In this document: positions 54,510-64,000 of the stretch, piece after piece | Position numbering within the stretch: the stretch's first letter is position 1 | Layout of the letters: each line of letters opens with the position of its first letter | Source: Thermoplasmatota archaeon | Lineage (GTDB): Archaea; Thermoplasmatota; Thermoplasmata; UBA10834 | Direction of reading: 5' to 3' | Assembly (NCBI GenBank): GCA_040751795.1 | Contig: JBFMHR010000001.1 | Span: 128,001-192,000 of the forward strand | Length of the DNA stretch: 64,000 nucleotides | Translations under genes and position numbers: made by a program | Notes under the pieces: generated by a model | The model's database searches: none | What the model was told of the DNA's origin: nothing | The model's input: the letters and a program-made list of their open reading frames with translations, nothing else

Positions 54510-55975
54510 GGTACCACCAGGCGGTCCACGACGTGCCCGTCCTCTTCGAGGGGTGCGACAGGCCCGAGCCTTCACCCGGCTTCGACCCTACGGTCGGCGG
54601 CGCCATTCCCAGGGAGCTCGTCAGGGACGATCTCAGGATCCCCGACCTGCACGAGAGGGACGCGGTCAAGCACTTCATCAACCTCTCCCAGATGAACTTC
54701 GGGGTCGACAACGGGCTCTACCCGCTCGGCTCGTGCACCATGAAGTACAACCCCAAGGTGTGCGACGACCTCGTCTCGTGGCCGTCCGTGGCCAACATAC
54801 ACCCTCTGCAGCACCCGTCGACCATCCAGGGCGCCCTCAGGATGATGTACGAGCTCGAGAGGATGCTCTGCGAGGTGGGAGGGGTGGACGCTGTCACCCT
54901 CCAGCCGGCGGCGGGGGCGCACGGCGAGTACACGGGGGTGCACCTAGTGCGCGCGTACCACCAGTCGCGCGGCGAGGCGAGGACCGAGATCATCCTCCCG
55001 GACACCGCCCACGGCACCAACCCGGCCAGCGCGGCCATGGTCGGATACGACGTACTGGAGATACCCTCCAAGGAGGGGTGCGTGGACGTCGAGGCGCTCA
55101 AGGCTGCCGTCTCGAAGGACACCGCCGCGTTCATGCTCACGAACCCCAACACCCTCGGGCTCTTCGAGAAGGACGTCCGCGAGGTGGCCGGGGTGCTGCA
55201 CGACGCGGGGGCTCTGCTCTACTACGACGGCGCCAACCTGAACGCCATCATGGGCAAGACCTCGCCCGGGAAGATGGACTTCGACATAGTGCACTTCAAC
55301 CTCCACAAGACCTTCGCGACCCCGCACGGGGGAGGCGGACCGGGCGCGGGCCCGGTCGGAGTGAAGGCCTTCCTCGAGGAGTTCCTCCCAGTGCCGAGGA
55401 TCGTGAAGGCCGGGGACTCGTACTCCCTCGACTACGACAGGCCGAGGAGCATCGGGAAGGTCAGGGCCCACTTCGGCAACTTCGGCGTGCTTGCCCGCGC
55501 CTACGCGTACATGAGGATGCAGGGGGGCGACGGGCTCACAGCGGTGTCCGAGAACGCGGTCCTCAACGCCAACTACCTGAGGCACCACCTGAGCAGGGAC
55601 TTCGAGCTGCCCTACGGGCAGCTCAGGAAGCACGAGTTCGTCCTCAGCGGGAGGCCCCTCAAGGCCAAGGGGCTCAGGACCCTGGACTTCGCCAAGAGGC
55701 TCCTGGACTACGGGTTCCACGCGCCCACGGTGTACTTCCCCCTCATAGTCGAGGAGGCCCTGATGATAGAGCCCACGGAGACGGAGTCCAGGGACACCCT
55801 CGACGCCTTCGTCGAGGCGTGCAGGGCGATCCTCGCGGAGGACCCGGAGACGGTAAGGTCGGCCCCGCACAACACGTCGGTGAGGAGGCTGGACGAGGCG
55901 AGGGCCGCCCGTGACATGGTCTTCAGCTGGAGGGCGCACGAGAAGAGGAGGGCCGACGGCCCGTCGAAGGCCTAG
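54506..55975 (+). CDS. gcvPB: Glycine dehydrogenase subunit 2
   Basis: PLGSCTMKYNP, AHGTNPASA, NLHKTFATPHGGGGPG, EPTETES. Confidence 0.95.
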   Translation: MRYHQAVHDVPVLFEGCDRPEPSPGFDPTVGGAIPRELVRDDLRIPDLHERDAVKHFINLSQMNFGVDNGLYPLGSCTMKYNPKVCDDLVSWPSVANIHPLQHPSTIQGALRMMYELERMLCEVGGVDAVTLQPAAGAHGEYTGVHLVRAYHQSRGEARTEIILPDTAHGTNPASAAMVGYDVLEIPSKEGCVDVEALKAAVSKDTAAFMLTNPNTLGLFEKDVREVAGVLHDAGALLYYDGANLNAIMGKTSPGKMDFDIVHFNLHKTFATPHGGGGPGAGPVGVKAFLEEFLPVPRIVKAGDSYSLDYDRPRSIGKVRAHFGNFGVLARAYAYMRMQGGDGLTAVSENAVLNANYLRHHLSRDFELPYGQLRKHEFVLSGRPLKAKGLRTLDFAKRLLDYGFHAPTVYFPLIVEEALMIEPTETESRDTLDAFVEACRAILAEDPETVRSAPHNTSVRRLDEARAARDMVFSWRAHEKRRADGPSKA

Positions 55976-56223
55976 GCGCGCTTGAACCGGGCGCAGATGA
56001 GCGTCCTGGTCCCTGTGATGCCCTGGATGGTCCTGATCTTGCCGAGGATGATGTCGCACATGCGGTCGTAGTCCGCCGTCTCGATCCTGGCGATCATGTC
56101 ATATTGGCCGAAGAGCTGGTGGACCTCGCCGACCTCGGGGAGCTCCCGCATCCGCTCGAGGACCTTGGCCTCCTTGCCCGTAGCGGTTGTGATGAGCACG
56201 TAGCCGATCGCCAGAGACTCCAC
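55972..56223 (-). CDS. Stand-alone Lrp/AsnC ligand-binding (RAM) domain protein
   Basis: GYVLI..VHQLFGQYDMIA..IRTIQGITGTRTLI. Confidence 0.85.
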   Translation of the reverse strand: MESLAIGYVLITTATGKEAKVLERMRELPEVGEVHQLFGQYDMIARIETADYDRMCDIILGKIRTIQGITGTRTLICARFKRA

Positions 56224-56373
56224 CTGAGGTTGGCCTAATGGGCGAATGCGTACTTATAACCTATCGGGAATGTCCACCGGTGCACGTTCTTGGACCGATG
56301 TGCGCACCGGGCCCGTCCGCCCCTCCCCGTACGAACCTTATATACTCCCTTCTGCGATTGAAGAGGGTCTACT

Positions 56374-56967
56374 ATGGCCGGACTGATAGTGCTGGAGGGG
56401 ATAGACGGCTGCGGCAAGTCCACGGTCGCCAGGGCCGTGGCCGATCGGCTGGGCGACAGGGCGGTCCTGACCAGGGAGCCAACCGACTCCTGGATAGGCC
56501 GGGCCGCCAAGGAGGGGGACCTGAGCGGGATCAGCCCCTACACCGACGCGCTCCTCTTCATGGCCGACCGCGCGCAGCACACCCTCGAGATGGCCGAGAT
56601 GGTCAGGGCCGGAAGGCTGGTGGTGTGCGACCGCTACTACCACTCCACCGTGGCGTACCAGACCGCCTCCCTGAGGCGGAAGGGCCTCGGGGACAACTTC
56701 TCCTGGCTCCTCGACTCCAACACCAGGATATCGCTCAAGCCAGACCTCACCTTCCTGCTGGTCCTGCCCCCCGAGAGGATGCCCGAGCGGATATCCGAGA
56801 GGGGGGAGAGGTCCAGGTTCGAGAGGCTCGACTTCCTCGAGGAGGTCGCCCGGAACTACGAGAGGCTGGCCGAGTGCGACCCCGGCATCGTCAGGCTGGA
56901 CGCGACGAGGCCGCTCGAGGAGGTCGTCGAGCGGGTACTCGGGGCGGTCAAGGAGAGCAAGGTTTAA
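56374..56967 (+). CDS. tmk: Thymidylate kinase
   Basis: EGIDGCGKST, TREP, LFMADRAQH, CDRY..STVAYQ. Confidence 0.94.
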   Translation: MAGLIVLEGIDGCGKSTVARAVADRLGDRAVLTREPTDSWIGRAAKEGDLSGISPYTDALLFMADRAQHTLEMAEMVRAGRLVVCDRYYHSTVAYQTASLRRKGLGDNFSWLLDSNTRISLKPDLTFLLVLPPERMPERISERGERSRFERLDFLEEVARNYERLAECDPGIVRLDATRPLEEVVERVLGAVKESKV

Positions 56968-56995
56968 TAGAGCGCGAGGCCTCGGAAGTGATGAC

Positions 56996-58186
56996 ATGCA
57001 CCCAGCGGACCACATAAGGGGCACCAAGAGCGACAAGCTCAAGGGGCGCAAGGTCGTCCTCGGGATCACGGGCAGCGTAGCCGCCGTCGAGTGCGTGAAG
57101 CTCTGCCGCGAGCTGATAAGGCACGGGGCCGAGGTGCACGTCGTGATGTCCAGGGACGCGCAGACGATAATCCACCCGTACTCGATGGCCTTCGCGTCCG
57201 GGAAGCCCGTCACGACGGAGATCGACGGGCGTGTCCAGCACGTCGCGCTCTGCGGGGACGTCCCCGACAAGGCCGACCTCCTCCTCATCGCGCCCGCGAC
57301 GGCCAACACCATCTCCAAGATCGCGTGCGGCGTGGACGACACGCCCGTCACGACCTTCGCCACCACCGCCCTCGGCTCCGGCATCCCGGTCATAGTCGTG
57401 CCCGCGATGCACGGCACGATGATCAGGCACAGGGCCGTCACCGAGAACATCGAGCGGCTGAGGGGCATGGGTGTCCGCGTCGTCGAGCCGAGGATGGAGG
57501 AGCACAAGGCCAAGATGCCCGACACCGACCACATCGTCTCCTGCGCCATACTGGTCGTCGGCAAGAACGACCTCAAGGACAGGCGCGTCCTCGTCATCGC
57601 CGGGGCGACGGAGGAGCCCATAGACGACATCAGGGTCGTCACCAACAGGAGCTCCGGGGAGACGGGCGTCGAGATGGCGAGGGCGGCCTACGAGAGGGGC
57701 GCGTCCGTGGACCTGTGGATGGGGCGCTGCGACGTCGAGATACCCAGCTTCCTCAACACCACCAGGTACTCCACGTTCAGGGACCTCCAGGAGCTGGTCC
57801 AGGGGGTGCAGCACGACGTGGTCTTCTTCCCCGCGGCGGTGTCGGACTACTCGCCGGCGAAGTCGGAGGGGAAGCTGTCCTCCGACAAGGACTCGGTGAC
57901 GATCACGCTGAAGAGGAACCCGAAGCTCATCGACGGGATCAAGGCCAGGGTGGTCGTCGGGTTCAAGGCCCAGGCCAAGATGGCCGAGGAGGCCCTCGTC
58001 GCCGAGGCGAAGCGCCTCCAGGAGAGGTCGAAGTGCACCTTCGTGGTGGCCAACAGGGTGGAGGACGTCCAGAAGGGCAGGACCAAGGTCCTCGTCGTCG
58101 CCGGCTCGGGCGCGCCCCACCGCCTCGAGGGGACCAAGTCCCAGGTCGCGGACCGGGTAATAGACATCGTCGTCAGGATACTGTGA
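56996..58186 (+). CDS. coaBC: Phosphopantothenoylcysteine decarboxylase/synthetase
   Basis: GITGSVAA, APATANTISK, PAMH, TNRSSGETG, AAVSDY, VGFKA. Confidence 0.94.
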   Translation: MHPADHIRGTKSDKLKGRKVVLGITGSVAAVECVKLCRELIRHGAEVHVVMSRDAQTIIHPYSMAFASGKPVTTEIDGRVQHVALCGDVPDKADLLLIAPATANTISKIACGVDDTPVTTFATTALGSGIPVIVVPAMHGTMIRHRAVTENIERLRGMGVRVVEPRMEEHKAKMPDTDHIVSCAILVVGKNDLKDRRVLVIAGATEEPIDDIRVVTNRSSGETGVEMARAAYERGASVDLWMGRCDVEIPSFLNTTRYSTFRDLQELVQGVQHDVVFFPAAVSDYSPAKSEGKLSSDKDSVTITLKRNPKLIDGIKARVVVGFKAQAKMAEEALVAEAKRLQERSKCTFVVANRVEDVQKGRTKVLVVAGSGAPHRLEGTKSQVADRVIDIVVRIL

Positions 58187-58190
58187 TAAC

Positions 58191-59090
58191 GTGATGAAGG
58201 CCAAGGCGTTCAGCCCGGGCCATGTGACCGGCTTCTTCGAGATATGCATGGACGAGGACACCCTCTCGGCCGGGTCGAGGGGCGCGGGCATGTGCCTGTC
58301 CCTCGGGGCGACCTCGGAGGTCGTGCTGGTCCCGGCCACGAAACAGTCCATCAGGGTCACGATCAACGGCAAGGGCAGCGGCGCGGAGGTGACCAAGCGG
58401 GCCATACGCCACCTCATAGGCGACAAGGGGTACAGGGTCGAGGTGGCGACCGAGCTCGAGCTCCCCGTGAGCCAGGGGTTCGGCATGAGCGCCGCCGGCT
58501 CCCTCTCCGCCGCCATCGCCGCCGCCATCCTCCTCGGCAAGGAGAGGCAGGAGGCCTACGAGGCGGCCCACAGGGCGGAGGTGGAGTCGGGCTGCGGCCT
58601 CGGCGACGTCTCCGCCATCCACAGGGGCGGCATCACCCTGAGGAGGAGGCCCGGCCTCCCCCCGAAGGGCGAGGTCGTGAGGATCCCTGGCGACCCGGAG
58701 GTCGTGCTGGCCGTGGTCGGGAGGAGGCTCCTGACCAAGGACATACTCAAGGACGAGGCGAAGAGGCGCGAGATCAACGACAAGGGCGGCTACCTCGTGG
58801 ACAGCCTCGTGAAGCAGCCCTCGCTCGACAGGATGATGACCAACTCCAGGATCTTCGCCCTGGAGACGGGGCTCGCGACGAAGCGGATCGTCAGGGCCAT
58901 CGACACCGCCTCGATGTACGGCCAGGCCAGCATGTCAATGCTAGGCAGCTCGGTCTTCGCCGTCGGCGACACGGGGAAGCTCAAGGAGGCGCTCTCCGGC
59001 GCCGGCACAGTGTTCACGTGCAAGGTCGACACCGTGGGCCCGAGGATCGTCTACGCCGTCCCCGACTCGTCACTCGTACAGGGTGAATAG
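58191..59090 (+). CDS. pok: Pantoate kinase (GHMP family)
   Basis: FSPGHVTGFF, GSRGAG, PVSQGFGMSAA, GLGDV; next to coaBC. Confidence 0.88.
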   Translation: MMKAKAFSPGHVTGFFEICMDEDTLSAGSRGAGMCLSLGATSEVVLVPATKQSIRVTINGKGSGAEVTKRAIRHLIGDKGYRVEVATELELPVSQGFGMSAAGSLSAAIAAAILLGKERQEAYEAAHRAEVESGCGLGDVSAIHRGGITLRRRPGLPPKGEVVRIPGDPEVVLAVVGRRLLTKDILKDEAKRREINDKGGYLVDSLVKQPSLDRMMTNSRIFALETGLATKRIVRAIDTASMYGQASMSMLGSSVFAVGDTGKLKEALSGAGTVFTCKVDTVGPRIVYAVPDSSLVQGE

Positions 59091-59369
59091 GCGGTCGTCG
59101 CCGCCCACGTCGAAGAGGCCTATCCTGACGCCGCAGTCGAGCCACCCGTGGGCGTAGTTCACGCACGCGAAAGCGTTGACCAGGTCCCCCTTCCTCGCGA
59201 AGTCCCTCGCGTCGTCGAAGTAGGCCCTGGCCATCTCGAGGAAGTCGTCGGCCATTCGCCTTCCGAAGGAGCGCTCCGGCGCGGCCACGCGGACCTTCGA
59301 GAGGGCCTCGGAGGTGATGCGTATGTACTTCTCGACCCGTTCACCGCTCAGCACGGCCTCGGCGCACAT
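59070..59369 (-). CDS. DUF357 family protein
   Basis: MARAYFDDA, AFACVNYAHGWLD..GLF. Confidence 0.85.
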   Translation of the reverse strand: MCAEAVLSGERVEKYIRITSEALSKVRVAAPERSFGRRMADDFLEMARAYFDDARDFARKGDLVNAFACVNYAHGWLDCGVRIGLFDVGGDDRLFTLYE

Positions 59370-59370
59370 C

Positions 59371-60966
59371 TCACATCCTTCTCGACGGGATGACCTCTAC
59401 GCTCTCGCCGCCGTGCTTCGACTCCCTCGGCCGTATCTCGACGAAGAGGGGCATGGAGACCCCGCCGCCCGTGATGATCGCCGTGCCTATGGGCAGCCTC
59501 TGGATCTCCTCCTCCATGCCGTCCGTGAGCCCCTCGATGGAGGAGGCTATGGCCTTGAGGTCGTTGGGGTTGTTGACCTTGAGAATCACCTGGGTGTTGC
59601 ACTGGCTAAGGACGTTCTTGTCCACCTTGGCCGGCCTCTGGGTGATGACCATGAGGCCGAGGCCGAACTTCCTGCCCTCGGAGGCGATGGTCCTGAACAC
59701 CTTGGAGCATATGGCGAGGCCCTGCTGCGGGCAGAAGTTGTGGGCCTCCTCGACCACGAGCATCATCGGGGGGATCTTGTCCACCTTCCTCAGCTCGAAG
59801 AGCGCTGCCCCGATCCTGTTGACAATGAGCTCCTGGATGTCCTGGGGGGTGCCCCTGAGGTTGATGATGGTGGTCCTCCCCTTCTGTATGAGCTCGTCGA
59901 TCTTGGTCCCCTGCTCGGCGAACACGTCGATCTCGTTCAGGTACTCCAGCTCGGTGATGAGCCCTGCGCTGGACGGCTCCGCGTTCGCCTCTATCACCGC
60001 GATGATGTCGTTCAGGGAGTAGCTGCCCTTGGTCTCCCTCAGGGCGTCTATCGCCTTCCTCAGCATCGTCAGGTAGGACCTGACGTTCTTGATGTTCGTG
60101 AGGCTGAGGATCTCCCTCGCGTCGAGGTTGTGGAGCGTGAACTTCAGGGGCTTGGCCCCCTTGTTCGCGTTGGTGTCCGCGGCGAACTCCATTATCTTGT
60201 CATCGTAGCCCTTGGGGGTCACCCCGAAGTCGCGGGAGGTCTTCTTCACGACCCCCTTCTGCTTCATGGTGCAGTACTCGCCGTGCGGGTCGATGATGCA
60301 GACGGTGACCTTGTGCTTCATCAGCTCCTCGATTATCGCCCCGGAGCAGTACGACTTGCCACCGCCCGTCTTGCTCAATATGCAGACGTGCTTCTGGACC
60401 AGGAGGTTGATGTCGAGCTCCACCCGGACGTCGTGGCCGGAGAGAAGGCCGATGTACGCCCCCGAATCGGAGCGCTCACTTATGCCGACGACGGACTTGA
60501 TCAGCTCGTCGTCGGCCCTGTGGACGACCTCCCCGGCCTTGAGCGGGGTCCTGGGCACCTGGAGCAGGTGCCTGTCGTCCCTGTAGCCTATGACCGAGAC
60601 GATGGCGATCTCCTTCTCGTCTATGGGGACGGGGGTCCCCTTCTTCAGGGACTCGACGCCGTCCACCGTCAGGTTGGTGCGCCGCTCTATCTCCGACACC
60701 TGGCCGAGGACGAAGCCGTGGACTGGGTGGTTGACCTTGACGAACTCCATCTTCTCGACGGCGCCGGTCAGCATCATGTTGAACTTCAGGGTCCCGACGT
60801 TGCCGAAGATCATGCCCACGGGGTCGTCGTCCGGGCCGTGCTTCCTCCTCGGGCGCGACTGCTTCGATGGCTGCTCCTCGGGTGCCGCGGCGGCCGTCTC
60901 GTCGAAGCCTGGCCCCGCATCCTGGGTGGATGCCACGAGCTGGTCAGTGCCTTCGTTCAACTGCAT
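59371..60966 (-). CDS. HerA-like ATPase (HAS barrel + FtsK/HerA domain)
   Basis: Walker A SKTGGGKSY, IDPHGEY, VEEAHNF, EGRKFG, TQRPA, NPND. Confidence 0.9.
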   Translation of the reverse strand: MQLNEGTDQLVASTQDAGPGFDETAAAAPEEQPSKQSRPRRKHGPDDDPVGMIFGNVGTLKFNMMLTGAVEKMEFVKVNHPVHGFVLGQVSEIERRTNLTVDGVESLKKGTPVPIDEKEIAIVSVIGYRDDRHLLQVPRTPLKAGEVVHRADDELIKSVVGISERSDSGAYIGLLSGHDVRVELDINLLVQKHVCILSKTGGGKSYCSGAIIEELMKHKVTVCIIDPHGEYCTMKQKGVVKKTSRDFGVTPKGYDDKIMEFAADTNANKGAKPLKFTLHNLDAREILSLTNIKNVRSYLTMLRKAIDALRETKGSYSLNDIIAVIEANAEPSSAGLITELEYLNEIDVFAEQGTKIDELIQKGRTTIINLRGTPQDIQELIVNRIGAALFELRKVDKIPPMMLVVEEAHNFCPQQGLAICSKVFRTIASEGRKFGLGLMVITQRPAKVDKNVLSQCNTQVILKVNNPNDLKAIASSIEGLTDGMEEEIQRLPIGTAIITGGGVSMPLFVEIRPRESKHGGESVEVIPSRRM

Positions 60967-61081
60967 CCCATCTCTGTTCCCTAATATGACCATCTCCTCT
61001 ATTAATCCTTTCGCGGAGCCGTCCAGAAGCGGGAACCGTCAAGGTATTAGACGGGGAACGGCATACTCCGGCCGCGATACC

Positions 61082-61936
61082 ATGCATGTAGTGGGAGGGT
61101 CTGCGTCGAAGGGACTGGCCAGCGAGCTGGCGAAGGTCCTGAAGGCGAAGCTCGCCAAGGTCGAGATCAAGCGCTTCCCGGACGACGAGTGCTACGTCCG
61201 CATCGACGAGGACCTGGACGGGGAGGAGGTCTTCCTCGTGCAGACCACGTGGCCGGACAGGAACATCGTCGAGCTCTTCCTCCTCCAGGACGCGATCAGG
61301 GAGTTCGAGGTCTCGTCCCTCACGACGGTCGTCCCCTACTTCGGCTACGCGCGGCAGGACAAGCAGTTCAAGCCCGGCGAGCCGATAAGCGCGCGCGCCA
61401 TCGCGCGCCTTATACAGGAGCAGACGGACGAGTTCATCACGGTGGACGTGCACGCTCCCTCAGTGATAGACTGGTTCGAGGACGTATCGGCCAAGAACGC
61501 GCACGCGTACCCGGAGGTCGGCAAGTTCCTGAAGAGGAAGGGCGTGCAGATGGTGCTGTCCCCGGACGAGGGGAGGTGGGACAACGCGAGGAGGATCGCG
61601 GACGTCATGGGCTGCGAGGCGGACTTCCTGGTCAAGGAGCGCCTCGACGGCGAGACGGTCACGATGACGCCCAAGTCCCTCGACGTCAAAGGGAAGAAGG
61701 TCGCCATAGTCGACGACATCATCTCCACCGGCGGGACAATAGTCAAGGCGGCCGAGCAGCTCAGGAAGCACGGGGCCGCGCACATCTCAGCGGCCTGCAC
61801 CCACGGGGTCTTCGCCAAGGACGCGGTGACGAGGCTGAGAGCCTGCTGCGACGACATTTATTCGACCGACACGATAGAGAACCCGACCACGGCCGTGTCC
61901 GTGGCCCCCCAGATAGCCAGGGCGGCCATGGAATGA
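61082..61936 (+). CDS. prs: Ribose-phosphate pyrophosphokinase
   Basis: RFPDDE, PYFGYARQD, DVH, VDDIISTGGT, CTHG. Confidence 0.94.
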   Translation: MHVVGGSASKGLASELAKVLKAKLAKVEIKRFPDDECYVRIDEDLDGEEVFLVQTTWPDRNIVELFLLQDAIREFEVSSLTTVVPYFGYARQDKQFKPGEPISARAIARLIQEQTDEFITVDVHAPSVIDWFEDVSAKNAHAYPEVGKFLKRKGVQMVLSPDEGRWDNARRIADVMGCEADFLVKERLDGETVTMTPKSLDVKGKKVAIVDDIISTGGTIVKAAEQLRKHGAAHISAACTHGVFAKDAVTRLRACCDDIYSTDTIENPTTAVSVAPQIARAAME

Positions 61937-61985
61937 GGGGACCAAAACCTACATATCACCCTCCAGGGTTCTTGGGGCTGGCACC

Positions 61986-63383
61986 ATGAAGAAGGCGGAG
62001 GACTTCAGCGAGTGGTACAACGAGATGGTCGAGAAGGCGAACCTGACGGACAAGAGGTACCCCATCAAGGGTATGAACGTCTGGACGCCCTACGGCTGGA
62101 AGATCATGCAGGCCATCGACTCCCACATAAGGCAGGAGTTCGACGCCACCGGCCACCAGGAGGTCTGCTTCCCGCTCCTCATCCCGGAGGACCAGTTCGC
62201 CAAGGAGAAGGAGCACATCAAGGGCTTCGACGCGGAGGTCTTCTGGGTCACGCACGCCGGCCTGAACCCGCTCGACGTCAAGCTGCTCCTCAGGCCGACG
62301 AGCGAGACGGCGATGTACCCGATGTTCTCCGTGTGGGTGAGGTCCCACGCCGACCTCCCCCTCAAGACCTACCAGATCGTGAACACCTTCAGGTACGAGA
62401 CCAAGCAGACCCGCGCGTTCATCCGCGTCAGGGAGATACACTTCTTCGAGTCGCACACGTGCCACGCGGACCTCGAGGACGCCGAGAGGCAGGTCCGGGA
62501 GGACTACGGGATCATGGGCCGCCTCTCCAAGAGGCTGTGCATCCCGTACAAGCTCCTCAAACGCACGGACTGGGACAAGTTCCCGGGCGCGTTCTACACG
62601 GTCGGCATCGACACCCTCCTGCCGTCGGGCAGGAGCCTGCAGCTCGGCTCCATCCACCAGTACAAGGAGAACTTCTCGAAGCCGTACGACATCAAGTACG
62701 AGGACGAGGCGGGCGGCCACAAGCACGTCCACCAGACGACCTACGGCATGAGCGAGAGGCTCGTGGGCGCGGTCGTCGCCATCCATGGGGACGACAAGGG
62801 CCTCGTCCTCCCGCCGGACATAGCCACGGTGCAGGTCGTGGTCATACCGGTCCTCGCCAAGGGGGCCGTCGAGGAGGTCACCGAGGAGGCGCGGGACGTC
62901 CAGAAGGAGCTCAGGGACGCGGGCGTCAGGGCTCACCTGGACGAGAGGGACCTCAGGCCCGGGGCGAAGTACTACGACTGGGAGCTCAAGGGCGTCCCGC
63001 TGAGGCTGGAGCTGGGCCTCAGGGACATGGAGAAGGGGCAGGTCACCCTCGTGAGGAGGGACACCGGCGAGAAGTCGGTCCACCCCAGGGCGCACGTCGT
63101 CGAAGGGGTCAGGAAGATGCTCGCCGACATAGCCCTGGACATGCTCGACCTGGCCCAGAGGGAGATGGACTCGAACACGGTCACCGTCGACACCCTCGAC
63201 AACCTCCCCGCGAAGCTCATACGGACCGGATGGTGCGGGGGCGAGGAGTGCGGCCGCGAGATAGAGGCCAGGTCGAACAAGAACATCCTCGGCACGCCCA
63301 TAGACGGCGAGAGGTACGACGGCGCCTGCGTGATATGCGGGAAGCCGGCGGAGAAGCCCGTCTACCTCGCGGACGCGATGTGA
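61986..63383 (+). CDS. proS: Proline-tRNA ligase (archaeal/eukaryotic type)
   Basis: FSEWY, RPTSET, FRYETK, HQTTYGMSER, WELKGVPLR, C-terminal Zn site. Confidence 0.95.
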   Translation: MKKAEDFSEWYNEMVEKANLTDKRYPIKGMNVWTPYGWKIMQAIDSHIRQEFDATGHQEVCFPLLIPEDQFAKEKEHIKGFDAEVFWVTHAGLNPLDVKLLLRPTSETAMYPMFSVWVRSHADLPLKTYQIVNTFRYETKQTRAFIRVREIHFFESHTCHADLEDAERQVREDYGIMGRLSKRLCIPYKLLKRTDWDKFPGAFYTVGIDTLLPSGRSLQLGSIHQYKENFSKPYDIKYEDEAGGHKHVHQTTYGMSERLVGAVVAIHGDDKGLVLPPDIATVQVVVIPVLAKGAVEEVTEEARDVQKELRDAGVRAHLDERDLRPGAKYYDWELKGVPLRLELGLRDMEKGQVTLVRRDTGEKSVHPRAHVVEGVRKMLADIALDMLDLAQREMDSNTVTVDTLDNLPAKLIRTGWCGGEECGREIEARSNKNILGTPIDGERYDGACVICGKPAEKPVYLADAM

Positions 63384-63387
63384 GGGC

Positions 63388-63615
63388 TCACTGCGCCTGG
63401 GGCTGCCTCTTCCTGTAGAGGAGGAGGCCTATGATGCCGAACGCGATCATGGGCGCGTAGACGACGTAGATGGCGATGTTCCCCTTGTTGAACGGGTACC
63501 ACGTGTCGTAGAGGACGCCCCATATCCAGTACAGCGCTATCCCCCCTGCGAGGAGGGACGCGTAGAACGCCAGAACGGCCTTCCTCTGGAACTCGGCTCC
63601 CTCGGGCTCTGCCAT
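63388..63615 (-). CDS. Small two-TM membrane protein
   Basis: Two hydrophobic helices; TTTATA box upstream; start at ATG 63615. Confidence 0.72.
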   Translation of the reverse strand: MAEPEGAEFQRKAVLAFYASLLAGGIALYWIWGVLYDTWYPFNKGNIAIYVVYAPMIAFGIIGLLLYRKRQPQAQ

Positions 63616-63700
63616 CAACGCGCCCAATGGATTGGCCATATAAATGGCTTTGCCCCGAGAGCCATCAAATACATCAGGGCCCATCACAGGCGCGGAGGGA

Positions 63701-64000
63701 TTGGCGTTGAAGTGCGAGAAGTGCGGGACCATCAACCTGCCAGAGGCCGAGCGCTGCCGGATGTGCGGCCACCTCTTCCCGGGTGCCATGGCCGGCGACA
63801 AGGGGATCCGGTGCCCGTACTGCAGAGCCGAGAATCCACCCGGTTCCAGAGAATGCAGCGTCTGTCAGAGAGGGCTGGGGAAGGTCCGCCCGGAGGACAG
63901 GCCCAGAGCCAGGGTGATCAAGACAGACGAGTGGGAGCCCAAGGCGGGCTATGAGGACGCCCCCAGGAAGGCGAGGAGGGTCGCGTGGGTGAGCCTGGGC
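63701..64000 (+). CDS. Double zinc-ribbon protein, 3'-partial (not in the ORF track)
   Basis: GGAGG RBS then TTG; CEKC, CRMC, CPYC, CSVC; frame open to the window end, where a hydrophobic segment begins. Confidence 0.8.
   Translation, partial: MALKCEKCGTINLPEAERCRMCGHLFPGAMAGDKGIRCPYCRAENPPGSRECSVCQRGLGKVRPEDRPRARVIKTDEWEPKAGYEDAPRKARRVAWVSLG

Noticed and set aside
1-64000. Many long overlapping antisense or alternate-frame ORFs (e.g. 18559-21933, 21958-24318, 10120-12057, 12490-14676)
   Set aside because: R/G/P-rich or antisense shadows of real genes, expected from very high GC3; no motifs
1-64000. CRISPR array, cas genes, integrase or transposase
   Set aside because: No regularly spaced repeats and no Cas, recombinase or transposase motifs seen

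Overview
GC-rich archaeal chromosome segment. The gene set (LonB, Hel308-Cgi121, GINS, GPN GTPase, archaeal thiolase/HMG-CoA synthase/DUF35, pantoate kinase, intron-containing tRNAs, PEF-CTERM protein) points to Thermoplasmatota (inference). Most genes are housekeeping or amino-acid catabolism (His, Thr, Gly), plus three tRNAs (Pro-CGG; Gly-TCC and Lys-CTT, both with introns) and a class II RNR ending an intein at the left edge. Best candidate for an undescribed system (46.1-49.9 kb): two translationally coupled, divergent CARF-wHTH genes with no CRISPR array, cas gene or cyclase in the window, sharing a palindrome-rich promoter with a HAD phosphatase and lying next to an RNase J-like nuclease. 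Other highlights: a mevalonate-cluster thiolase lacking its catalytic Cys and His, a clostripain-like protein lacking its catalytic Cys in a tRNA-bounded surface-protein region with a repeated operator and a candidate sRNA, an SSG-type HutH, and two ~1500-aa helical proteins ending in RING/PHD-like and B-box-like zinc fingers. All calls are by eye from motifs; no searches were run.
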